Of a DNA stretch of 64,000 nucleotides, positions 25,573 through 39,382 are shown one piece after another. This stretch comes from Octopus sinensis. Taxonomy: Eukaryota. The notes beneath the pieces are model-generated. The model did no database searches. It was not told the DNA's origin and saw only the letters and a program-made list of their open reading frames with translations. The translations under genes and the position numbers were made by a program. How positions within the stretch are numbered: position 1 is the first letter of the stretch; every line of letters starts with the position of its first letter. The stretch spans positions 69,626,001-69,690,000 of the forward strand of contig NC_043005.1 of NCBI RefSeq assembly GCF_006345805.1, in the 5' to 3' direction.

Positions 25573-27119
25573 TATGCAAATGTGGGTGTTTACAGTGTGG
25601 GCTGGAGATATTGTGAGGAAAGTGACAACATTCTAGCTGAAATATTGAATACATCTTGGAAGTGTGTAGTATAACATCCCTTGTAATTGCTTATTAGAAT
25701 CTCACAATTTAATCAACGGAATTCACCACAGGGAACGTCATTTGAATTGGATGTAAACTTACTCTGCACGTTTATGATAACTAATTACTTTTCGAAATTT
25801 TCGTAGAGATTTTGTTAAGATAAATTTCATATTTCAAATATCAAAATAATTGCAAACACGCACATTCAGCTGAAGACGCAGAAGATTAGCTGATATAAAT
25901 ATCTATTTTTGCTTTTCCTTCAAATCCCTGTAAAATATGTCGGAAATGACAAAGCATTGATTTATATTAAGAATCAGTATATTCAGTTCAAAATATATTG
26001 AATTGCTCTAACATCTACAACAAGCGAAAGAAAAATCATTACTGCCATCTCCATTGAAATACCTAAATCCTGGTTTAATGGCAAACAAATATTCAGAAGC
26101 ACGTTTCCCTTTTCAATTGTGCTTTGACTGATGTAAATAGTCGAAAAACAAAAACTAAAAAAACGCAACTACGAATTTATAACAGATTTATCGGACATAA
26201 AATGTCATTGCTCTCCATCACCTACATTTAGCTGTTGCTAAGCAACTGTACCAGTTTGCTTATCTTATGACAGCCAATAATGTTTCTTTTTTTAAATACA
26301 TATGTACACAGCGATGTGTGTGTGTGCATGTGTGTGCTACCCTATCAATTTAACGTTACTGAGAACTTCATCCTATAATGTAGCAAGTATATCTGTTTAT
26401 ACAGGTCACATCAAAAATTCTACAAATTTTATAAAAGTGATCTTCATAAAATCAGGAATTTTAGGTTGCTAATTGCTCTTCGTTCTGGAAACAGTTATGA
26501 GTTCTTCCGCCATATTTCGTAAGATATTTCAGATATTTTTTTTTTATGAGCACAGCATAGTTAATTCTTTAGTATGAGATTTGTGTGCTCCAATGAAATA
26601 TATATTTTTTTTCCACGTTGAAACATTAAAATTAAATGTTGAAAAAATCGTTCCTAGCAATGTATTTTTCTCTTAATCTGCTTCAGTAGCAGTTTATTAT
26701 AAAGATGTCATCAGGAGAATAAACTAGTTTATCCTAAAAATAAGGAAAACTGTCTTGCTTATATAATGCTGAAGGATCTAGGATGGGACATTAGATGATT
26801 TAATTTATGAATACGTTTCAGCGAATAACATTCCATTTGACTACAGGCCTTAAATTCACAAAGGCCTCTGGCACCAACAATGTTATTTAGACTGATAAAA
26901 AAGAAGAAATATATGCCATATTTACGTCTATACTTGTGACTACCAGGAGTAAGATGAAAGTAACTTGTGCTCATTACGTCCTACAGGCTCTTTCAGAGAG
27001 ATAGAAAGAGAGAGAGGGGGGGCAGAAAAAGAGAGAGAGCGAAAGAGAGAGACATACAGACAGATTACTGGAGAAGCGAAGAATAGTAGGAAGAAGAGAA
27101 AGCATGAAATATTGCTTCA

Positions 27120-27310
27120 GAATTTTGAAGCGCCAGCAATTCCGAGGGAAGAGGTGAGTTGATTAGATGGACCTGAGTGCTCAACTGGTACTTCGAAAGG
27201 ATGAAATCCAATGTCCACCTCGGCCGAATTTTAATTCAGAACGAAAAGATGGACGGAATGTCGCTAAATATGTTCCATGCGTGCTAACGATTCTCGCAGG
27301 TCGCGGCCCT
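27120..27310 (-). mobile_element. degenerate SINE family A, tail type 2
   Basis: AACTGGTACTTCGAAAGGATGAAA..CCTCGGCCGAATTTTAATTCAGAACG..GTGCTAACGATTCT. Confidence 0.7.
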
Positions 27311-27892
27311 GAATGCATCAAATATGAAAATATTATAACTATAAATCTGATTGACAAATCATTAAGTACATATATCCACCAGTCTGTCTCTGATTCATTT
27401 GCATAGTACCTGTTTCCGTTGGAGATCTCATTTTTACTTCCCATGTTTGTCCGGTAGCACAACTTTGTTCTTACTTCAAGAATGCTGGGACGAATATGAT
27501 GCCAACATCTGTTTGTGCGAATCTACACCCTCCAATTATAAATTGAATACGTACATTAGTACTAAGGCAAGGATGGTACAGAACCTTTTGGTTCTTATTA
27601 ACAAAAACCATGACGTTTTCATTTAATTTGTCCACTAATTTACTCAGCCATGAACCATCTCTAGATGGCTCTCATACCCGTCCATCTAACTACAGTTTGT
27701 GAGAAGACGACACATATTTTTGTAAACATGTGGCTTCTTTCCTTTTATATGTAAGATTTAAGATGACATGAACATGACGGGGATTTGATGTCTAGCTAGC
27801 GTTGCACGCATGAGATTCATTTAGGGATACAAATAACAACGAGTAAGCAAACCCGGTTGGATCTGAGCTCAGAAGGTAAAGTCGTAAATTCT

Positions 27893-28120
27893 TATTTCTT
27901 TATTGCACAGAAGGGGCTAAACATAGACGGGACAAACGAAGACAGACAAAGGGATTAAGTCCGTTACATCACTCCCAGTGCGTAACTGGTACTTAATTCA
28001 TCGTCCCCGAAACGATGAAAGGCAAAGTCAACCACGGTGGAATTTGAACTCAGAGCGTAGCAGCAGACGACATACAGCTAAGCATTTCGCCCGGCGTGCT
28101 AACGTTTCTGCCAGCTCGCC
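27893..28120 (-). mobile_element. SINE family A, tail type 1, 16-bp TSD, nested in an older family A copy
   Basis: TAAAGTCGTAAATTCT at 27877-27892 and 28121-28136. The flanks join into an older SINE head remnant (~27855-28185). Confidence 0.9.
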
Positions 28121-29699
28121 TAAAGTCGTAAATTCTGCTAAACATTTTGTCGAACACACTAACGCTTCTGTCAGTTCATCACCTTGTCACTATTGAAGAC
28201 AGTGCAACTAATTGACAAACACCGAGGAGAGGAAAAGGAATACTAATGAAATATTTTCATTATATGCAATATGGAAAAGAAAATATTTTTAAGTATATCT
28301 CTGGTCTCACATCACTGACCTATGAGTAAACATTATATTCTATATATTATAACTACAAATATCAACACTCTGTCTATCAAATCCTCTCTATCATACATTA
28401 AAATAGAAACAACTTGGCACAGCATAAACCTAGATAACAAGAAGTACACTTGATGGTCTCACATTTGATTATACGTCTCCGTTTGTGCTGACAAATGGTT
28501 TAAAGCAAAAACAAAAATTAATGCCGCTTCTATTGCTTGGAATTTCCATTGTCACAACTTGATAACATTTCATCATTATAACCGTAACGGCCATCATCAA
28601 ACACATCTCCACGCAATTACTATTGGCATCACTATGACTACTGCCGGCTCATTATTATCAGATATAGCAACTATCGAGATCATTCTCACTGTAACAACCA
28701 ACGCCACCGTCGGCATCACTAACACTGCCGCGAACATCGCAGCGACAGCGATGACGATGACTTTCACCACATGCATCACCACAACGACTACCACCACCTC
28801 AGTATCCTGTGAAACTTGCAGTTTTAGCTTTGTAACATAGCAGCACCTTATCAATTTTACAAAGCATTCTAGTTAATTGAAATCCAATAAGTCGGAGGAG
28901 AGACATTCTCATTTTGTTTCTGATTCCATGTGAGGAAGAAATGCATATTGATCTAGTTTTTCCAATGAGATCAGAAAATTTTCGAAAAGCTATTAAACCA
29001 TGTTATCTTTTTCTCCGATTCTATTGCTGCCAACAATTATTTCTATAAATTTCTTTGATGTTGTTTGTTTATTTCAAAATTCTTCAGAAATATAAATTGA
29101 TTTTGCTTTCTCTTCACCGCCAGCTCTAACAACAGCCATTTTCGTTTTCTTTTTACTTTTCTTTTTGGTCTCTGGAACAATATTTGTTTATATTGATTGC
29201 GCACAAATACCCTATATTTTACGGGGGAGGTAAATGAGATGTTGTGACATGCAAGACTATTGCTTGCATATAAAACCTGTATACAGAATGAATTGAGAAT
29301 CAAATCTCGTCAGTATTCTCGACCCGTCGCTGTCTTACCGCATGCATTATGTTTATTGATATAGCTGTGGCTGATCTGTCATAAAATGTCAGTTCTCATC
29401 GAGATCGAGCAAACAAGCAACTAGTGATGTTCCAGCCATGAATACCTCCCTATTATCCTAGAGAGTTTCTAAAGGATACCTTTAAATAAAAAGCCGTTCA
29501 ATTAATTATTTCTAATTTTTATTAATTGATGCTCTGCTCCAACAAAAAAAATGAAAAAGAAGTATCATTATCTTATATAAACCTCTGTCCTCTATATACT
29601 GGAAATTTTGATTGGTTAATTATGTTACATGCTGTTGCTAGAAGATTGTAATCACTTATTCAATGAAAAGCTCACTCTGTTAAAGATACAGGTTTCTCG

Positions 29700-30530
29700 C
29701 TCACAGCAGTGTTTTATCAATAATAATCAAGCTTGTTGTCATAGTAGCGAAGCTATAGCACTCAGAGTAAAGCCGTTTAGCACTTATTAAACTTGGGTTC
29801 TACTGCTGCTGCGCACGAACATTTACCGTTCTAGCTCCCATCTGCAGTTTACAGCAGTGCTTGGAAAGAAAGTGTCTAGGGTGTGATCGTCGCATTGTGC
29901 ATGAGAAAGAATGTTGTCATGGTGACGCCTACTCAGAGGCCTAAGCAAAGTTGCAGAAAATTATGGAGTTGAGTGTATGAGCCGCCCACAAGTAGACGAG
30001 TGGTGCAAACGTTTCCACCATGGCCGCAAAAAAGCCGATACTGACAAGCGTTCTGGGAGACCAACAACCAGAAGAACTGAGAAAAACATTGCAGATGCGC
30101 GTGAAGCTGTGAAGGGAAATCGTCGAATCACCATCCGTGTGTTATCACAGGATGTGCAGATTACATACGGTTCATTTCAGTCTATTATCACTGAAGATTT
30201 GGGTATGAGACGCATGTCTGCCAAGTTTGTGCCAAAATTACATTCAGTTGCACAAGATCTCCTTCATTGTGTCGAGAAAAATTTTGAAACATTTGCGTAG
30301 GCCTCTGAGCACATGTCGCCAAGACTTTCGCAAAATTTGATATAGATTCTCTGCTCAATTTTCTTTCATGTTCAATGCGACCATCACTAGCTACACACGC
30401 TCCTTCTAAATGTCGCTGTAAATAGTGGAAGCGTTCTACAACGTTAAAATGCAGTGTGCATGCTTTACACTAAGTGTTTTAGCTTCGTTATTATGACAAC
30501 TGTCCGGATAGTTATTCATCACACCACGAA
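29700..30530 (+). mobile_element. mariner derivative with two 5' ends (fold-back)
   Basis: ORF 29977-30300 (MSRPQVDEWCKRF..RSGRP..NRRITIR..EDLGMRRMSAKFVPKL) is the mariner HTH region. 30290-30530 is an inverted copy of the 5' end, including MKEKIEQRIYIKFC. Confidence 0.85.
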
Positions 30531-33000
30531 TATGCATTTGTAGTTAACAACAAAAATTTTTAATATTTTGTGGAATTAGTTGGGGAGCAGGTATATAGAA
30601 TTTCTTGTGCTATTTGATTCAGACGCTTCAAGTTAGGAATTCAAATTGTCAACATATCTTTGTTGCTTCTAAACAACCGGATCAACATAATATAAAAATC
30701 AAGTACTATGTTAAGGTTAATCCGATATACATATTCATAAATTGTGGGATTATATGACTATATCTGAAATCAATTCAAGTAAAAGGATCAAAATTGATGT
30801 TGCCAATAAAATTCAAACTTTGGAGACTTGCATAATTCGATGTGTCCGAAATTGTGTTCTTTTGTAGATAAAATAGATTACCGGTCTGCTTATGCAGACG
30901 ACTTAATGATATTTTTTTATTGAATTAATGTTAATTATCTTCTCAATGACATATACAAAAATACTAATATTAAAGTAAATTGTACATGATTACAGATTTA
31001 GGTGTAAAGAAGAAAACAATTTATATGAGCATGGGTGCGTATTAGAACAATTCAACTTCATTCGAAATCGCCAAGCTATGTAACAATGTTAATACGCATT
31101 TTGTTGATCAAACGATTTATGTTCGCTAAGTTTATTACGATTGAAACATATGTGCCCTGTCACTTGTTATGAATTCTCAGAGATCAAGAAACCCAAAATA
31201 AAGCAACCTACTTCAGTTGGATTTTATTACCCATGTAACCGTTGTCAGGATGGCTAGAATATAAAACTGGGAACTCCTGTTTGTAAACTAATAATTCTGA
31301 GTTTGATGGTAATTTTTTTAGTTACAGCTCTCAGAACACAAAATACCAATTAGTTTGTTATTCAACCACACGCATGTATTGCCAACGGGTACAATACAGA
31401 CCATGTCTCATTAATTTTTTAAATTTTGGCCTATAATCCACACACATTGTACACGAAGAACAGAGTAAGTGAACGTTTATCGTTGAACATTTATCCTGTA
31501 TTTATTACTTATTCGGTAAACTGAGTGGGTGATGCGAGGAGTGAGCACCGAGGGATTTTCAAATTGTTGGCGTGTAATAATTTGTACTATGCTTAATGAT
31601 ATGATGTTAGATATTCAATCTGCTTCACAAGTTTGTGTCTATACTACAAAATGTAATGAAGAAAAATGTGAAGCAATTTATGCATTGCATAACTGACAAG
31701 TATTTCCTTAGCTAGTGTTCAACGGAAAATATTTTTCGATCATTTAAAATGAAAGCAAAATTGAATTACCTCATCACTTTAATAAAGGGTTTTATATAAC
31801 AAAAGTGATAATTTCAAAGCTTTCTAAGCGGTGGGAATTATAATTTTGTAAAGAGTGGCAAGAGATTTAATCGAACAATCGAATGTGTTTAATTTGATTT
31901 TGTGTTTATAATTTACCACTTAAATTATTATATATTTTAGCGTGTATTTAAAGAATGTCTGCCGTTTGTAACAAAATTGCTTTGAGCTATCTAAGTATCA
32001 ATTTTATATTTCGAGAGCAATTTGTACTCCATAAAATACGTATAAGTATCATTCGGCTCCAAACACTCATGTAATTACATCAGTAAATATATTAGTAGGA
32101 ACAATGCAAACCATATCTTAGCAAACAATTTCATTATATGCAATATGGAAAAGAAAATATTTATAAAATTCGCACTACGCAATTGCATCCAGACGTACAC
32201 ATGTATACACATACTTACGTACAGTAAGTATCAATTAATGAATACGCACAAAGAAGTGTATATATAATTATATAGGTATACGTAAGTCTTTACATTCATA
32301 CATACATACATACATATTTAAGTCTTTATGTATTCATACACAACTACATAAGTCGACACACTATTGGGCGCGTCGGGACGTTTGAGTAAGCATCTTATGT
32401 AATAAATCCCTGTCGTTGGTATACGCATTTCGTATATCGCAGATAATTGTGTTGCCGCTGGAAATTTTAACCTTTTGAAAAAAAATAATGCGAAGAAATA
32501 AAAGACGAAAAATCAGATACGAAAACCTGTTCACGGAAAATTATGTTTGCAAACGTTTGTTCTAATATAGTCTACTAGATATTTGCAACTTCAAGTTGTC
32601 GCAAAGTTACGTGAAGCCAGAGGTTTCGGGGTCTTGGTAGAGAAAGGGCTTATTTAGCAATATCTAAAACACATTCACACATATGTATCAGTGCGCTTTC
32701 ATGTCTATATACGCACAATTTAACATGCACTTTCTTCCAATTTGGTACATAAACAACCGCACGCGCTCGCACATTCATATATACATACACACAATATATT
32801 TATATAACATATATTTGTATATTTATATACATACATATATGCAAATATAAAATATTCATAGACATAAGTATACATGTGTGCCCGTTTATATAGATATGTT
32901 TATAAACATATATAATATACAGGCATAAATACACATTTGTGTGTAAAAATATTATATATATATATATATATAGATATATATATATATATATAACACAAGC

Positions 33001-33039
<39 letters not shown>

Positions 33040-33245
33040 AATGTGACTGCGTGCGTACCGTTGGCAATTGCTTTCCTCTGTCTTCCCTTCTCTGGATCTT
33101 TCCTTCTCCTATGATTCCGACGAAGAGCTCCGCTCGAAACGTTAAGCCTTCATTCTTTACTTCTTTCCTGAGCGTCCAATAATACTATATTTGTTCCACG
33201 TCCTCGCGTTGTTGTGTTTTTTTGTGCTTTCTTGTTTGGATTAAC
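33040..33245 (+). mobile_element. solo Penelope-like pseudo-LTR fragment in (TA)n (second copy ~34447-34653)
   Basis: Contains a minimal HHR motif and a pyrimidine-rich tail, with TA tracts on both sides. Confidence 0.6.
33115..33145 (+). ncRNA. minimal hammerhead motif with U4C (identical copy 34522-34552)
   Basis: TT-CCGACGA-A-GAGC-TCC-GCTC-GAAA-CG-TT-AA; palindromic AACGTT; stem I only 2 bp. Confidence 0.5.
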
Positions 33246-33276
33246 TATATATATAATATATATATATATATATATT

Positions 33277-34306
33277 CTAGCATTATGACCCGTCGTTGCC
33301 GGGTCATAGTGCTAGTGCATGTATATATGTGTATATATATGTGTACATATTACATGTACATCTATATATATATATATATTCATATACATATATATATATA
33401 TATACATCTACACATAAAATACAAATTGCAAAGTTATATCTTGATATCGCTAGTGTTAACAATACTCAAAATATATAACAGACTGGAATTGTAAGCCCGT
33501 CTCTTGCAATTTCGATCAATTATATCTTGTCCTCCCTCTTGTATAGAAGTGTCGCTGCAATCCAGCCTACCTCTATTGCTAGGTAGGGTGACATTTCAAT
33601 TTTTTCCCGTACGTCCTACGTCCCAGATATAACGGTAAAAATTAAATATTTCCACTTTGCAAGTTCGAGTCGAGTACTCCCTTGCATGTTCCATTGACTC
33701 GAACCTTGTTTCTATTGTGGCGAATTTACCACTTCTGGTTAGATATCTTTCAAAGTCGCACCAAGACACTTTTCGATGGTGCTTTCCTTCAGGTGTTCAA
33801 ATCTTTTTTCTCTACATTGTATGCTTTATAGACAAGAGTCTTTTATTTTAATTTAATTTTTTATTATCCATCTGGACTATCTATTTCTGCACGCTAATTT
33901 TATTTTAATTTATGTGAAACCACTTATTCAAGTTCAAGTCATTGATGCAATGTTATACCAATTGCTATTTCTACTTTTGTATGTTACGATTATATTATAC
34001 TTTAGTTTGATTTTCATTATTACTTACTACATATAATTCGATTGTTATTATTTTTTATTGTTAAAGTGAAAGTATCTGACATAAAATAGAAAAATGTTTG
34101 TTTTTTTTTCACTTTTAACACATAATACTGAAATAGTGGAGAAGATATGGTATTGCTATGGGCTCGCTCTTGGCAAGAAGTTGAAAATTTTTTTGTCCAT
34201 GAAACTACATGGACCCTAAGTAAGGCATGTGTAAAATTTTAATGAAATTGGGTGTGTAGTTCTCAAGTTTTAGGGAAACACACAGGCAGACAGACACACA
34301 TTCTCA

Positions 34307-34320
<14 letters not shown>
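33277..34320 (-). mobile_element. non-autonomous Helitron (second copy 34679-35692)
   Basis: Minus-strand 5' end TATATAAAACTGAGAATGTGTGTCTGTCTG; 3' hairpin GACCCG-GCAACGA-CGGGTC followed by ATAATG-CTAG. The 5' TC is lost in the TA tract. Confidence 0.7.
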
Positions 34321-34403
<83 letters not shown>

Positions 34404-35679
34404 ACACAAGCACACACACACATACATATATACATATATATATATAAATGTGACTGCGTGCGTACCGTTGGCAATTGCTTTCCTCTGTCTTCCCTTCTCT
34501 GGATCTTTCCTTCTCCTATGATTCCGACGAAGAGCTCCGCTCGAAACGTTAAGCCTTCATTCTTTACTTCTTTCCTGAGCGTCCAATAATACTATATTTG
34601 TTCCACGTCCTCGCGTTGTTGTGTTTTTTTGTGCTTTCTTGTTTGGATTAACTATATATATAAATATATATATATATTCTAGCATTATGACCCGTCGTTG
34701 CCGGGTCATAGTGCTAGTGCATGTATATATGTGTATATATATGTGTACATATTACATGTACATCTATATATATATATATACATCTACACATAAAATACAA
34801 ATTGCAAAGTTATATCTTGATATCGCTAGTGTTAACAATACTCAAAATATATAACAGACTGGAATTGTAAGCCCGTCTCTTGCAATTTCGATCAATTATA
34901 TCTTGTCCTCCCTCTTGTATAGAAGTGTCGCTGCAATCCAGCCTACCTCTATTGCTAGGTAGGGTGACATTTCAATTTTTTCCCGTACGTCCTACGTCCC
35001 AGATATAACGGTAAAAATTAAATATTTCCACTTTGCAAGTTCGAGTCGAGTACTCCCTTGCATGTTCCATTGACTCGAACCTTGTTTCTATTGTGGCGAA
35101 TTTACCACTTCTGGTTAGATATCTTTCAAAGTCGCACCAAGACACTTTTCGATGGTGCTTTCCTTCAGGTGTTCAAATCTTTTTTCTCTACATTGTATGC
35201 TTTATAGACAAGAGTCTTTTATTTAATTTAATTTTTTATTATCCATCTGGACTATTCTATTTCTGCACGCTAATTTTATTTTAATTTATGTGAAACCACT
35301 TATTCAAGTTCAAGTCATTGATGCAATGTTATACCAATTGCTATTTCTACTTTTGTATGTTACGATTATATTATACTTTAGTTTGATTTTCATTATTACT
35401 TACTACATATAATTCAATTGTTATTATTTTTTATTGTTAAAGTGAAAGTATCTGACATAAAATAGAAAAATGGTTTTTTTTTCACTTTTAACACATAATA
35501 CTGAAATAGTGGAGAAGATATGGTATTGCTATGGGCTCGCTCTTGGCAAGAAGTTGAAAATTTTTTTGTCCATGAAACTACATGGACCCTAAGTAAGGCA
35601 TGTGTAAAATTTTAATGAAATTGGGTGTGTAGTTCTCAAGTTTTAGGGAAACACACAGGCAGACAGACACACATTCTCA

Positions 35680-35798
<119 letters not shown>

Positions 35799-35800
35799 TC

Positions 35801-35851
<51 letters not shown>

Positions 35852-36288
35852 TAAAAGGAATTCCAACCTTGTCTGATTTTCACGTTTTATTTACAATCTT
35901 ATAATGGTAATAAGATAATATATTATAATTGAATAAAATAAAATGAAATAGTAGAATGTGAAAATATACATACATTCATACACATATATATTGAGTATCA
36001 TGACACCAATTTCTTAAAATGTACTTGTGCAAATTCCCCTAAATATTCGATAATTCGATTATTCGACATTCACTGATGGATTAAGTAATTTTATCGTTTA
36101 TTGAATTAACAGAATTTGTAAATACTATACCCAAGTTATTCCATCGCATTTTTCATAAAACACATTAGTTACCACAGAGAATATCATTAACAGAAAACAT
36201 GAGAATGCTCTAAAGAATATTTTTGGCACACCTCCATAAATGAGTCTTACTGATTATGAAATCTATTCCCAATTGTTGACTTTAATAT

Positions 36289-36514
36289 TTACTCTTTTAC
36301 TTGTTTCAATCATTTTAACGCGACCATGCTGGAGCACTGCCTTTAGTCGACCAAGTCAACTCCCAGGACTTATTCTTTGTAAGCATAGTACTTATTCCAT
36401 CAATCTGAATCACTAATTTACGGGGACGTAAACACACCAGCATCGGTTGTCAAGCGATGTTGGGGGGACAAACACACACACACATATATACATATATATA
36501 TATATATACGACGG
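36289..36514 (-). mobile_element. SINE family B 3' part
   Basis: TTACTCTTTTACTTGTTTCAATCATTT..CCATGCTGGAGCAC..CGGTTGTCAAGCG..(CA)(TA)..ACGACGG; the right end overlaps sequence of the 43005 copy. Confidence 0.7.
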
Positions 36515-36667
36515 TCATATCGCCTAATCGAATTAACCAATCATTTACTCTACAAATGTTTTCTCGTCAATGTTGCACTTTCCCGTAACACATGTTTCAA
36601 CATAACTCTAATACACATTCAAACTATGCTATTTTGATCCCGAGCAACGCTAGGTATCTCTGCTAGT
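36515..36667 (+). mobile_element. Helitron 3' end fragment
   Basis: Imperfect hairpin CCCGAGCAACGCTAGG followed by TATCTCTG-CTAGT. Confidence 0.55.
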
Positions 36668-37100
36668 ATAAACACACACATACACACACACACTTTTATG
36701 AGCATAAATGTGTGTAAATGTATATATATATATATATATATATATCGATAGATAGATTTGTTCCAGATTCACTGGAGTTACTGTCAATACATTTTCCTTG
36801 TTTTAGCTAGGTACCTTAGTATCCTGATTTGCGCTTCCTGCTACCAGGTGGTAGAAGCGTTAAATTAATCATAAAATTAATGCCAGTGAAATAAGCGACT
36901 GAGATCCTAAATGCGGTGAACCATTATGCATGATTTTGATCTCTTGGATCGATAAGCGCATAAAAAAGATCTTTCCAACTTTGTACAGTAATTTTTTAGA
37001 AAATAACACGTTTAAATAGTAGAAACGTTTTACAAAGTAAGCAGTAAAGAAGATTATACGTCTGTGTGTGTTTTTATTTGAATGTGTGTGTGCTTGCGCG

Positions 37101-37107
<7 letters not shown>

Positions 37108-37160
<53 letters not shown>
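37108..37160. repeat. (TG)n microsatellite
   Basis: Perfect run. Confidence 0.95.
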
Positions 37161-37161
<1 letters not shown>

Positions 37162-38745
37162 CGGTGCGTGTTTGTGTGTGTGTATATAATAGAAAATTGC
37201 AAAGATATAAAAACGAAGAGACAAAAATATCGTTATCGTAGATGCTACATAGAGATAGTGAAAGAAAGAGAATAAGAGAAAAAGAGACAGACAGAAAGAT
37301 ATAGGCAGAGAGACGGAGATCAAGAGTAAACGTAAAGAGAAACATACATTGAAGAAAAATTATAATTAACTCAATATAAAAGGGTTGATTGAGAAGCTGG
37401 TGAGAGTTACAACCAAGAAGAAAACTGAGAGATCAAGCAACCGAGAGAATAAAAGTGAGAGGTTTCAAGGAATGGACTTTAAGAGCAATATATGGAAATA
37501 TAAAGAAATGGACATTCATAAACAGAAATAATGGGAAGACGCAGACATAATGGAATGTGGGAAACCAGAAAAAATAAAGCAGGAACAGATAAAGAGATCA
37601 CACGGTGGAAAATGAGCAAAATGATGAAGAGAAGCGTTTTGTTTATGAGAGAGAAATGAGTTGAAAAGAAAATGATTAATTTCTGAGAAAGAAAACAGGA
37701 AATGGTGAATGAAAGCACAAACCGAAGACAGACGTGAAGATAGAAACTGGAAAGGAATGAAACAATAATGGTGTTGAGAAAGTGAGAGTCAGAGAGGTGG
37801 GCACCGCAGCTGGAAAATGACAGAGACAGGCCTTTTGTTTGTGAGAAGAGAATGTTAATAAAGTTTAATAACTAGAATGAAGACGAAGAAAAAATATTAC
37901 AGTCAAATTACACATATTTATATCTTATTTTTATGTATATATTTTATAGTGTTTTCTCTTTTCTATTTTAACACTATTCTTTAATTTTATTTTCAGTTAT
38001 TTTATTTCATGTTTTACACTTTTTGTTTCTTATTTAGCTTCTAGACTTTTATAAAATGTCACGACACTCTAAGCCACTTGTGGCAATGAGAATTAAAATT
38101 TCAGCTTTATTTTGAAATCTAATTTAATTAATCTATTTTAAAATACTCTAACACATACCGCTGAGAGAATAATAAAAATATTAGTAATAATAAGATGAAG
38201 ATGAAGAATTTAACGGAGAAAATAAAAGGAAGTGAAGGTGAAGGAGAAGAGACGAAGAAAAAAATTAAGATGAAAGTTAGTGATGATTAAAATGATGTTG
38301 ATTATTATTTCAAAGAAATAACTGTCATAAGTTGAAAAACATCTGCGTAAGTTAATTTCAATTAACTAGTGAATTACTTGTTTTTTATTATTTTTTTTAG
38401 ATAGTTTGTTTGTGATAACACATTAGATTTTGGTAGAAAAATGTACTGATTGGTTCGCACTACAGAAAGTCAACGAGACTAAAATCTTCATATTTACGCC
38501 CTTAATGTTTCTTTCTTTTTCAAATTTAAATTTCTAATCTCAGTGTATTTAATATTGCCAAACTGGCTTCAATATTAGGGGATAAAAATAGTATTTCAGT
38601 AATGATTTCATCCTTTGTTTATCCTCTTCCCTCATATATATAGCTAGGAAATGTTCTTGTTTTAGATAAAATCATCATATTTGAGGGAGAAAATTCGGAG
38701 TATTTCGGACTAAGTAATGATTTCAATAGAAAACGCCCCAAAACA

Positions 38746-38945
38746 GCGGTGAGCTGGCAGAATCGTTAACACGCCAGTCAAAATGTTTGACGGCAATTCA
38801 TTGATCTTTACGTTCTAATTTCAAATTCCACCGAGGTCAAGTGTGCCTTTCATCCTGTCGTGGTCGATAAATAGGTTCTAGTGGTATACTCACGTCGGTG
38901 TAATCGACTTACTCCTTCCCTTGAAATTGTGCCAACATTTGAAAT
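38746..38945 (+). mobile_element. SINE family A, tail type 2
   Basis: GCGGTGAGCTGGCAGAATCGTTAAC..CCGAGGTCAAGTGTGCCTTTCATCC..GTGCCAACATTTGAAA. Confidence 0.85.
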
Positions 38946-39199
38946 CAACACACTAGGTTAAAGATTGATTTACATTCAAGATTTGATATTGAATCCTATA
39001 TATAATATTTATTAAAATATACCCATTTACTATCCATTTACAATCTCGTGGAGAATGTGAAAACTGTATCTGGTCCTTTTAATGCACAAATAAGACAAAA
39101 AGACAAGTATTAATAAATGAACATTTATTTTATTTTATATTACGCAAACACATTCTCTTAATACTATCATTAATTTATAATTAAATATTGCTGATATTT

Positions 39200-39382
39200 A
39201 TTTCAAAGTGTGACACACGGACAAAAGTTTCGGAGAAGGTGCAAAGTCGATTACATCGATCTCAATGCCAAAAGATGAGAAACAAAGCAACCATGGTCAC
39301 ATTCAAACTCAAACCGTGAAGTCGTACGAAATGGCGCTAAATAAATTGCCCGGAGTGTAAACGATTCTGCCAGCTCGCCGCT
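39200..39382 (-). mobile_element. degenerate SINE family A, tail type 2
   Basis: AGTCGATTACATCGA..ACGATTCTGCCAGCTCGCCG. Confidence 0.7.

Noticed and set aside
28559-28854. Thr-rich and Val-rich antisense ORF pair
   Set aside because: Decayed trinucleotide (CAN/ACN) low-complexity tract.
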